A DNA stretch of 64,000 bases from positions 86,678,001 through 86,742,000 of the forward strand of contig NW_024704743.1 of NCBI RefSeq assembly GCF_018977255.1. Direction: 5' to 3'. The DNA is from Callorhinchus milii (Eukaryota). The position numbers and the translations under genes are program-made. Below are positions 1 to 11,665 of the stretch, piece after piece; position 1 is the first letter of the stretch; every line of letters begins with the position of its first letter. The notes below the pieces were generated by a model. It was not told the DNA's origin. It ran no database searches and saw only the letters and a program-made list of their open reading frames with translations.

Positions 1-1781
1 TAAAAAAATCTTATTCATATAAATTCCTTTCAACCCTCAAAAATACCACTCCTGAAATGGAATGGAGTTCTTGTGGGTCAATGTGATGAAATTCTTGTTA
101 CTAGAAGCAATCTCTATTTGCATGGCTCAAATTTGTTTTCAAAGAATGTTTAAGAAATAGAGTAAATTAAGCTCCCCTGGTTACATGAACATTTGTGTGA
201 AAGATTTGACCAAGCCATGACTAGTTATTGATGGGATGTGCTTTGATCACCTAACACTTAGCAAAACGCTATATTTGGTTCACTGGTGTGGCTGCTCATT
301 TTTGGGAGAGAGCAGCAAAACATTATTCTCTGAGAGCGCTGTACATAATTAGAGTCATGATGCTCATGTGCCCAAAATACATTCATTTCTTCATCACCAG
401 TACAAGATGCTCCTCTGAGACTGGGGCTGATTCTCCTTGTTGGGACAGTTTTACTCTCCATTTAACAGTGCTGTATAGAGAGTACTTGATGCTCAAACCA
501 GGGTCCCAAACCCTGTTAACTGCAGCAGCAAAAATATCTCGCTTCCTAATCAACACAAAATTTACAAGAATAAGAACTTACATAACGCCTTTTACTTGGT
601 TAAATGTTTCAAATCACTTTACAGAGATGGAGAAAGAGCTTGAGCAGGGTGGGAGATGGGAGGTGGAGGCAGTAGAAGGAGGGAGATGAATAAAAATGCA
701 GTCAAAGGGTTACATTTTTAGAAGAGTTTTGAAAGCAGAGAGGGGGGGATTTAGGGAGGGAGTTCCACAAAGGCTCATTCACTAAAGCAACAAATTGAGA
801 AGAAAAATGGAAATAATTTAATCCAACGCTTCTTTAGGTTTGCAGACTAATTAAAGTGTAAATAAAAAGGCACCACAAGCAATGCAGCCCAACCGTCTTT
901 CATTGAACCAGCTAAGGGTTAACCAATAATGACAATAATCAAGGAGATTCTTGTTCACAATTGTAGAACCATAAGCTGACTCCTCGGCAAGATCAGTGCA
1001 GCATGTAACCATGAGTGAACTCCATTCTTCAGAGTTAAGTACTACATGAAAGAAAACCATAAATTACCCCCAAACATCCATAATCACTTTCCTTCTTAGC
1101 AATCAGTGGTCTTTATCACATCTGAATTCAAGCTTTTCAAGAGATTCAGGTGAGTGCTCTGTGACTCTGCTGAAAAAAACGATATCAAAGCTTGAAGATA
1201 TGATTCGACTGACATTTCTAAAGAAAACTAAAGGAGTTGGGGGGAAAAACGGCATTGAAAAAGGATGAGGACTTCACACTCCAGATATTATCTGTAGTGC
1301 TTGCATTGGAACCTTTGAAGAGGCTTATTACTGTCTAACGTAAGAAAAAAAGTATGTTTGTGTACCGGAGAGAAGAATGTATAAGTATGCACCTACCAGT
1401 CATTGCTGTCACTGCAGCATGTCAGTTGTGGTGCAGACCTTTATTTCCTTCAGAAGGGAAGGTTTGCTTACATACTAGACAGTGCCAAATCTTATCATTC
1501 CTCAGATACAATGACAGTAAAAGGTTCAGAAAATACATCAGCGAGGAGCACAAATTCTATTTTTTTAAATTGGCTAAGGGATAATTTTGTAGTTAGGCTG
1601 TACCTTGTGATCAGATTTAGCTGAATGATAATTAAACTAATGAAAATAAAATTCAACATTCAGTCCTGCTGATGCCTCTGTGCCAGGCCCAAAGTAACCA
1701 AAACCCAAGGTCACTTTGAGATTAAATTTTTACCTCCACCTTCCAAAATCTTGAAGTCAAACCAAACTTTGTAGTTGTATC

Positions 1782-2096
1782 AGGGTTCAATTCCCGAGCA
1801 GGGCAAGACCCTAGGCATGTTTCCTTATTCCACACTCCTCTGTTTACCTAGCCAGTAAGTAGGAACACGGTTGTTAGTCGATTGACGGATCGCTTTCCGG
1901 GGGTAATAATCCCTTCAAAAAATAAAAATAAAAGTAATTTGGTCACTCAATCCATGACTTCTGTGCTCAATTGTCTGCTGCGTATCACCTACAAATCCAA
2001 AGTCAATTCACTTTACAGTATATTCTGTGAAGAACTTTGAGATGTCTGAAAGACGTGATAAGATGCTATATCAAATGCAAGGGTTATTATTATTAT
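1782..2096 (+). mobile_element. tRNA-derived SINE, 5' truncated at the B box
   Basis: gggttcaattccc...tcaaatgcaagggttattattatt. Confidence 0.85.
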
Positions 2097-4782
2097 CTCA
2101 CAATAAACTACAAGTTCACTGCCCCCATCCTTTTATGATGTTTTTCCCTTCCATGAACTACCTAAAGTTGGAGTTGAATAATATCAATACCTTGATACAG
2201 ATTGTGAAATCTATAGCAAATACAGGAAAATAGATTGCCTTTGAAGATGATATTCCCATGAAGTGAAAAAGCTCTGCTTTTGTTCATTCTTATGGCTTCA
2301 CATATATTAGCTCAAATGTTAGCCTGAAGTGGAGTGCTTTATGAAATCATAGGGAGGACCTGTTTCTGCTGCCATGGAAACAAACATTCGATGAATTCTA
2401 GAGAAACTATTCTTTACATCACAGGTAAATCTGCAGTAAGAACTTCTCTTTCATCAAAAAGCTGTAACTGCATACTTATACTTAATCCTTGTATTTGATA
2501 TAGTTCCATTTTGCGTTGTCGAGGCACCTGAAAGCACTACACAGGAGTTAATGTAAACTGAAATGACTGTGTATTTGTAGGGGAACATGGCAACCACTTT
2601 GCACACAACAATGTCCCACAAACAGCCATGAAATGAATAACTAATTTTATCTGGGGGATTTATCTGGGGATCTGGGAGAAATTCCCTTCTCTTTTCAAAC
2701 AGTGCATGGTCTTATCCATAGGATGGCACTTTCGTCAATTCAACAATTCCCCAATACTGTATTGAGGCATCAGCTAGACTATGAGCTCAAGGTTCTGATA
2801 TGGGCTTGTACCCGCAATGCTCTGACCCTGAAGTGATAGCACTACCTACTAAGCCAGGCTGACACCTTAAGTCACAAGCACTGCATAAAAATACATAATT
2901 ACTGTGATGAGTGGACTGGAACACATGTAGAACTGTACAATGCTAAGTGGTCCATTATCTGGTCACCTACAGAGCACAATGGCAGTTTGTTCTCACCTCT
3001 GCTGTCACTACAGCTGTGAAGAATAAAGTTGAAAGACCATCACCACCAAAGCTCATGAAGGAAACACGTGGTTGGAAATTGGGTTTAATGTGAGTGGGAA
3101 GTATGTGAGAATAAAAGCTTTTCATCTTCCTTGTCTTTGAGCAGAATTCATCTGCCGTTCGGATAATGGATTCTACAGCAGTCAAAGGTGTTAGCCATAC
3201 AATGCTGTGATATTAGGGTCAATATCCATTCTTGTTCATCTGCCTATGTCGCATTTTAAAACTATTAAAAAGTGGAATCTGCACAACTATGCCTTTTCAC
3301 ACATACCAGTCATTTTAGTGAGGTAATTTCATGTAACATTTAGTTTATAGACCCATTAAAAAGACAGTAGCTTTTTTCACTAGCGATTTCAGATTTTTAA
3401 TTAAAATTATATCAGCCATATTCAAGTTTATGAAAAGGTGGGTATATATAAAAGGACATGGTTTTGATTTGCTGATAGTTAAACTCTATTAAACCAATAC
3501 CATCTCTTTTTAAAACATAGGCTCATCCATAGACTCAAGTGGGCTAGTCTAAAAATGGATCATTTTCACAGTAGATTGAATGACCATTTGTTAGGTTGCA
3601 ATCAGATCTTCTTATTGATCTGCATAAAAATACTGAACTCCCTTGTTCCAATATACTAAAAGGACAATATACCAATCCAGAGACCAGCGATTGCACTAAA
3701 TTGTCTCCTAGGTCCCTCACTTCTAATCTCAACACAGAATGCTGCAGTTTGGGCAGGGGTTGAGGTTCCCATATAAAAATTAGATCCTTTCCATTTTTTT
3801 AAAATGGCCATCAAGTGGATTTTCCAAGCTCCCTTTGGGAAACTCTAGCGATGTCGCACACAGCATTGTATGGACACACACAAAATAACATGCAGAAGTT
3901 CTCAATGCAGAACTTTTCTGTGGGCTTTGTGCATGTAGACACATGTGAGGGCACACATATATGTGCTTGCAGATTAAAGGTTATAGCAACACATGTCAAT
4001 CCCTGTGTTTTGATGCCAGTGAGGATTAATTCAGGAAAGCCTTGTTGTGCTATTCTAACATACAATAGCTACAGACTGGTGGCTCAGTGCCAACACCAAG
4101 TCATTTGGTTCTGTTTGAGATTCAGTCATGGTACTTACAAAAAACCCATGAAATTGTAAAAATATCTCAAAGCGCTTCACAGAATATATTGTAAAGAGCA
4201 GTAACTATTTATAAGCAAAAGCAGCAGACGGTTTTGTACACAGCAATGTCCCACAAGCAGCCATGAAGCGAATGACCAATTTTATTTGGAGGATTGTTGA
4301 CAAGGATACTGGAAGAAACTCCCTTCTCTTTTTAAGGTCAACTGAACTAGCTAGATGGGAGCTTGGTTTAACATCTCATACAAAGGACGGCATCTCTGAC
4401 AATGCAAAACTCCCCAAGAACCTCAATGAAGTGCAAGCTTAGACTATGAATTTGAAGTTCCAATTTGGGACGGACTGGAATCCACAATCTCCTAATCAGA
4501 AGCTAGAGTGCCACCAACTGAACAGGCTGACAACTAATTATTCCAACAGTAACAGACACTCTGATGAAATATTAATAGTGCTGCATGATGACTGGACGAT
4601 TTCCATAATCATTCTCCCCATCAATCTGCCTATTAAATGCAGTAAAGGAAAGCTGGTTATAAGAAACCAATAAATACTTCTCAATGTAGCCATTGTGCTA
4701 AATGTGCTCAGGTGGACAGCGAAGATCCTGTAACAGTATTTGATCTGGTTACCTGCAGGACAGCAAAGTAGGTATTGACTCT

Positions 4783-4815
4783 ATTCATTCATTCATTCAT
4801 TCATTCATTCATTCA
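4783..4815. repeat. (ATTC)8 microsatellite
   Basis: Direct reading. Confidence 0.95.
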
Positions 4816-4860
4816 TGGAAAAATAAGCACAAAATCTGCATGAACAAAAGAGACCAGCTA

Positions 4861-5240
4861 ATAATAAATAATCCTTCCATTTGATGTAGCACCTTATCAT
4901 GTCCTCGAGACATCTCAAAGCACTTCACAAAATACACTGTAAAGTGAACTGACCATAAATTTTGTGGGCGAAACGTAGCAGCTAATAATGCACAGCAGTG
5001 TCCCACAAACAGTCGTGGATTCAGTGACCAAATTATTATTTTTAAAAATTCTTTTTTGAACTGATTATTACCCCCAGAAAAGCGATCCGCCAATCAACCA
5101 GCAACTGGGTTCCTACTTCCTGCTGGGTAAACAGAGGTATGTGGAGTAAGGAAACTTGCCTAAGGTTTTGCTTTGCTGAGAATTGAACTTAGGTCCTCTT
5201 GTTTGAGAGGCGAGTGACCTAACCAATATGCTACAGGACT
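4861..5240 (-). mobile_element. Full-length tRNA-derived SINE (long subfamily)
   Basis: tRNA-like head at 5170-5240, shared body and (TTA)n tail. Confidence 0.85.
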
Positions 5241-5579
5241 TCATACTCTAACATTGTTCACATTAAAATTAAATATTCGCGGACAGCCATTTTTTTCTTC
5301 ATTTTGTGACAAGAACGTTTGATTTTACACTTTCATTCCATGCACACTGTGGTAAGTTTGTGTTTGGTTCAGTAGATATTTTCTGGGCTTGATCTTCTTC
5401 ATCCCAAGAACCCATCATCTATCATTGCACTTAAAAGTATCCAAACCAGCCTGAGAGTTTCAAATATGTATGTAATCTATAATCTTAAATGCACCTTGCA
5501 CATCAGGAGAACATCTCAAAGTGTTTCACAGGATATACTGTAAAGTGTAGTGGCTGGTATTTTGTGGACAAACACTTTT

Positions 5580-6232
5580 ATAATAATAATAGTCTTTGCA
5601 TTTGATATGACGTTGTTGAGACATTTCAAAACTCTTCACTGTGACGTGGATTGACTGTATTTTGTGGGCAGAATGAGGCAGCCAATTTGTGCACAGGAAT
5701 GTCCCACAAATAGTCACGGAATAAGTTACTAATTTTATTTGGGGGATTGTTGGTCAAACACCGGGAGTAAAAAAACTCACTTTTTTCAACTAGTGCCATG
5801 GGATCTTTAACATCCACCTGATGGGATCTCGGTTTAACATCTCATCCAAGGGATGACACCTCCGACAATGCAACACACCTACAACCTTCTGACTCAAAGG
5901 CGAGAGTACTATCACTGAGATAGACTGACACACAATTTACACACAGCAATAACCCACAAATAGCCATCTAGAGAATTACCAATTTTTTTGGGGGGGATCG
6001 TTGGCACCAGGAGAAACTCCCTTGTTTTTTGAGTAGCACCATGGGATCTTGAACAGGTAGGTTATACGTCAGTTTAAAGACTCATCTGGACAGTATCTCT
6101 GACAATGCAACACCATCCAGCACTGTACTGGAATGTCAGCCTGGACTATATGAGTTAAAGGTTCCCAACTTAGAGCTTGAACCCAGAACCTTCTGATACA
6201 GATTTGAGCCAGGCAGACTCAAACTGAGCCAA
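5580..6232 (-). mobile_element. Two tandem Deu-type SINE copies
   Basis: agtgccatgggatctttaacatccacc at 5792-5818 and agcaccatgggatctt at 6035-6050, each followed by a tRNA-like head. Confidence 0.7.
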
Positions 6233-6725
6233 TCCCAATGTCAATCCATTAAACCTATCCCATTGTTACAGGTTGAAAATAATATTTTGAAGTTATTTTT
6301 GTTCATACAGAGCAGAGAATGACTCCACTGCATTCAAAAATTGGGCAACAGAGGCCTGGAGACTGGAGAGAAACAAAATACCACTGTTTATAGAAAGAGA
6401 GAGCTTCCATTGCAAAGAGCTATATTTATCAATTGAGCTTCATTCAATGAATGGAATACTTGAGCTAAGATAATCAAGCATGGTGACATGCTTGGCACCA
6501 TTATGTCAGAATCAAGGCAACCTCTGTGGCAGTCTCAGTTGTCCGGTTCGGAAGGACCAGTCACTGGGGCAGGGAATCCTCCCATTCGGGTTCTGTTAAC
6601 CCTGCAAGCCAAAGCCTTTGGTCTTAGCTGGATAAGCAGTGAGAAAGTTTACCAAACAGTGCTATCAATGGGAAGCTATGCGGTTTTGACTGGTTAGACT
6701 CCAGTATACCCCAATATAATACTAT

Positions 6726-7707
6726 ACAACACAAAATTACATTTGTATAACACCTTTCAAGTCAGGAGGATCCCAAGGTGCTGGACAGTAAGGGGAGTTG
6801 GACCTGAGCTGGACGTTAGGATTGGTTGGAGGGCAGGGAGGGTAGGAGGGTAGCTGAACACTTGGTCGAAGAGGAGATTTTGACACATGCCTTGAAGAAG
6901 GCAAGGGAAGGAGTGAGGCAAAGGAAATATGGGATGGAGTTACATAGGGTGGGGGCAGAAAGGCTGAAGGCTCGACCGCTGGTGGTGCAGGGGGCCGGGC
7001 CTGGCGGGGGACGTGAATCAGAGCACAGCCTGCTAAGCTGAGGGAATAGACATGTTGATAAGGGGTCAGCAGGTCACAGAGGTAGGAAGGAGCAAGGCTA
7101 TGAAGGGCCTTGAAGGCGACAACGAGGAATTTGAACTCTATCCTCTGTGGGTTGGGGAACCAGTGGAGCCGGGCGAGGATAGGGTGATAGGGTCGCGGAG
7201 CCTGGAGGACACGAACTGCAGAGTTCTGGATGATCTGCAGCTTGTGGAGGCCAACAAGCAGGGAGTTGGCATAGTTGAGCCTAGATGTGATGATTGTGTG
7301 GATGAGGGTTTTGGCGCCCTGAGGGTTGTGGCAGTGGCGGAGCCAGGCGATGTTGCGGAGGTGGGGGAAGGCAGAGCGGGTGGAATTTACGGAATTCACT
7401 ACCCCAGAAGGCTGTAGATGCTCAGTCCTTGAACATTTTCAAGGCTGAGACTGATAGATTTTTAAAAAATAGAGGGATTAAGGGATATGGGGATAGGGCA
7501 GGTAATTAGAGTTAGGTCAGAAGATCAGCCATGATCTTATCGAATGGCGGGGCAGGCTCGAGGGGCCGAATGGCCTACTCCTGCTCCTAATTCTTATGTT
7601 CTTATGTTCTTATGGCATGGATGTGGGGTAGAAAGGACAGTTGAGGGTCAAACAAGACGCCAAGGTTCCAGACTGGCTCAGTGAGATGGAGTGTACATCC
7701 CTGGATG
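6726..7707 (-). mobile_element. L2 LINE 3' fragment interrupted by a CR1 3' end at 7382-7613
   Basis: SRLNYANSLL...RIEFKFLVVAFKALH ORF and L2 tail at 6726-6780; L2 sequence resumes at ~7612. Confidence 0.9.
7382..7613 (+). mobile_element. CR1 LINE 3' end with (TTCTTATG)n tail
   Basis: ggcaggctcgaggggccgaatggcctactcctgctcc followed by an octamer tail; nearly the same sequence as 24250-24466. Confidence 0.88.
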
Positions 7708-10065
7708 TCACAAATGATTATTAAGAGTTGTTTCAAAAAATTGTTTTCTACCCCACAGCCATTAAACGTATGGAGTTATTTTATTTGTATTCTGTAGGGG
7801 GAGCTAATGATTCAATTTTGAGTCGTTATTGCATTGAGAATTGTGTTCTGCACATTCTGTGACCAACAAATACACACCACCTTATATGAAGCCAATGTAA
7901 TCCCAAGAAAGGGTCTAAGCATTAGTGCACTGCAGTTGAAGACCAGCTGTAACAAATAGAAATTCAGGCTGTAAAAATGAGGTGCCAAATGTCCTAAGCA
8001 TAAGGGAAATGTATTTGCATACTACAATACTGGAATTTTGTAGTTCCAGTACAGTACAGGAAAAAAGCAAAGACAGGGAGAGGTAAACAATTTCAGAAAG
8101 AAATATCTTCTATTAGTGTGATGAGCCCATGAGACAAAGCAGTTATACAATCATAATTGTATAACTATTGTAAAGGAGTTTATCAATTTTTTCAAAAAAA
8201 CTTTTCTGTAATCCACCAAGCCAGAGACCACTATCAAGAATTTTTAAGCAGGCACAAGAAATAAAATCTAAAATAAGCACATACAACATGCCTAAATCTT
8301 ATAACTTTTGTATGCATTTAACAACTCCTTGCAAGTCAGTGAAATGGTTAAAACAGGTATTGTGTTTGGTATCCACTAAATAGACCTGAAAAACTCCAGC
8401 CTCCTAGAATGAACAGCAATAATTTATGAGTACTCTTATCAATAGCTCTTTACATATTTCGAAGGAGCCAGGCTTTTCTACAGCAAGCGGCTGCCCAATA
8501 AAGCTTAATAACAGAATAAATTATGAACAGTTTGCTGAATATTGATCTTCGACCAGCACAAAGGGAAAGCAGGAAAGCTGTTTAAATAGATATAGACCTG
8601 AATAGGAATGATACAGTTGGTCTAATCATTGGCTTCCAGAGCCGTGCAGTGACACCTCATTGTTTTTTTTGCAAATACAAGCCTTTTTAACATTACAATA
8701 TAAACCATTATCTCTGGCAGCAAGGTATATTTAAAAAGGCACAAAAATGTATATTTCCCAGCGCCAGGAAGATCAATACCAGAGATACAAAGTCATGCAA
8801 ATATGATAAGAGTGGAATGCAGGCAAAATAATTTTAATTATTTCATATCTGCACATTTTGTTCCTGGAAATAATTTTTTTAAAGCACATTATATGATCAC
8901 TGGACCTTGGATACGCTTGTTTAGAAATTCGGTGCATTTGATCTAATCTTGATATCAAAATATTCATGAAACACAATGATATCTCCCTGGAACAGCCGAG
9001 CAGCCATTAATTTTGAAATTCAGGTAATTTATTAACACTTATCAGAAGCTGTAAAAGCGTTACCTCAGCATTTGTAATGTGTGCAAAAACTGAAAGCACT
9101 TATTTTTACTGATTCCTGATGATTTATAATGACTGGGTACATTTAGCAGCAGTGATTCCATTATAATGTAAAGTTCAGTTTTGTTTCAGGATCTCTTTAA
9201 CTTGAAGTTCCATTTCCTGGAGATATTGTGGGGTATCTCTTAATAGCAGAACTTTGTCATATGCGACTCTGTGAATCCTATTGTTTGCTACTACCCATCA
9301 TTCCAGATAACTCCATTAACTCCTTCAGTACTTTTTTTAAAAAACAAATTGAGCGTACCATAATTGTAACCGTACCCTAACCCATGAATAAATGCTTATG
9401 CATATGTGTGAATGCACTATATGCGTGTGTCCCAGTACCTTGGGACGTCCTCCCGACGTGAAAGGCGCTATACAAATGCAATTTTGTTGTTGTGTTGAAC
9501 ATGGCTATTAATTTTACTTTGTGCCAGAGGGTGCCATTGCAAGAGATACATTTTCATCAGCATTCACTCAGAGTTGTAAAGTTATTCTGTTCCCCTCTGG
9601 AATAACATCTTAGGTGTTCTGCTGTGGAACACACTGGCGTTGCAGTTGTAGCATACAACTGTGATCAAAGATGAATGACAAGCACCGGGGCGGGTGAGGG
9701 GATCATTGCAGATCACAAAACTATAATGTCTAATGGAGTTTGAAAGACAAGTATCAGGAATGTGTAGTCACTATTACAAATGGAACAAAATACAAACAAA
9801 TTTAAAAGACATGATAGCTGACGTTTGTGTTCATCAGGGTGAGGGATATTGATGGGGGCAAGTATTCAACCCCAACTTGAAATTTATGTAACATCTCTCA
9901 CAGAATAGAGCATCTCAAAAGCATTTGTGAGTCCTGAAATTACCATTAGCCTAGTGAAGGGAATAACACTTTGTCAGTGAGGACATATTTTTTGAATTAG
10001 CTTGGAAAGGCAATTTTCTGGTGCTTGAAAATAATCCTCGCCAAAGTGAAATCCAAGATCATAGA

Positions 10066-10170
10066 ATCATGAACATTTACAGAACAGAAGGAGGCCATTC
10101 GGCCCATCGAGTCTGCATTTGCTCTCAGATTAAGCCATTCTTTGAATCCAAGTATTATCCCATACCCCTT
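10066..10170 (-). mobile_element. Short CR1 3' tail
   Basis: atcatagaatcatgaac...aggaggccattcggcccatcgagtctgc is the reverse complement of a CR1 3' end. Confidence 0.7.
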
Positions 10171-11449
10171 CAAGTTTCTAACTTTTATTTGGCGTGCATG
10201 TCAATTTTCAGTCAAAATTTTACAAAGAATGTTATAGCATTGAAACAGGCCATTCAGGCCAACTAGCAGTGTTTATAATAATAATAATCCTTGCATTTGA
10301 TATAGTGCTTTTCACGTCTTCTAGACATCTCAAAGCACTTCACAGAATATACTGTAAAGTGAATTGACTGTATATTTGTGGGCAAAACGCGGCAGCCAAT
10401 TGCGCACAACAGTGTTTATACTCCACATAAGCTGTGACTCCCCTCTATTCCCTTCTCATGATTCTTTTTTGGTCAGCCAGGTGTCTGACACATGTGGAAA
10501 CCCATCAGGCCATCACCATGCTTAAGAGTATCCAAACCAAACTGATACATCCCAATTACACATGGAAATTCCAAAGATAGATTGTTGGAATGAAATGCTC
10601 TCTCTCTCCCTGAAGAGATACATCCTGCTTACCTAATTCCGGAGAGTATTATTCCCTTCTCATGAATTTCTGCAAATAGGTTTGGAAGTTACCATTAATC
10701 AGAAATTGGGAAATTATTCCAAAATACATCTCAGTATAGTTTCTTAAATAAGGAACAGGTGCAGTGAATGGGAACTCAGGCTACATCGTTTAAGATTACT
10801 GCATTTATATTTTAACTTATAAAAGGTAATCACACATCACAAAAAAATCCTTTTCTCTCAATGCTCTATTGCATAGGGCAAGTATTATGAATTGACACGT
10901 CTTGTTCTAAAAACACTCAGAATTTGATGCTTACTGAATTGCCAGTAAAAGCTTTGCCAGTATTGTTTTGCACTTGATTTTTGTAGGCAACTGCTCACGT
11001 CCAAAATTCCTTCAAAATGTTGCTCTTATTTTGCTCTACCTGATTAGGTCACCTTACCCCCGCTGACTGAGAAGATGGATAGGCAGTCCATTCTCAGGTT
11101 TCCACCTATGATTCGTTGTAACCAGGCCCAAAAGGGGACGTAAGAGAGGTAAAGGCTGCCTCTCATGCAGAGTTTCCTTCTCATTCTCCACTTGATCCAT
11201 TTTGAAAGACTTTGGTTTTGTCAAGGTCTTCCCAAGAGTTCGCCATCAGCCCGACTGCTTCACTTCATGACTTTTGAAGTGTCAAATTAGCTTCCATGTT
11301 AAGCCTGCAAAATAGTCACGACAATTTACAGTATATCCTGTGAAGAGCTTGGATAAGCACATCCCAATACTGGAAAGATGCAACATCAAATGTGAGGATT
11401 ATTATATTATTATAATATGATTAAGAGCATACTATGTGGACAATTATAG

Positions 11450-11665
11450 AACCATAGAAATTTACAAACCAGAAAGAAGCCATAGTGCCTGTCCTTGCCT
11501 CTGTGAAAGAGCAACCCATTTAATCCCATCCCCCTACCTGCTCCCTGTACCCTTTTATATTTCTGCTTTTCAGATATTGATTTTATTCTTTCTTATTAGC
11601 TGATATGGGTTCTGCTACAACCACAAATCCCAGGTAGGGTATTCCACATCTTAACTGCCCTGTAA
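11450..11665 (-). mobile_element. Old CR1 3' fragment
   Basis: atagaaccatagaa reverse tail followed by the reverse complement of a CR1 3'UTR-like sequence. Confidence 0.6.

Noticed and set aside
288..689. 133-aa ORF and other unique-looking short ORFs in 1-31000
   Set aside because: No domain similarity, coding bias or supportable splice structure; several end in repeat sequence.
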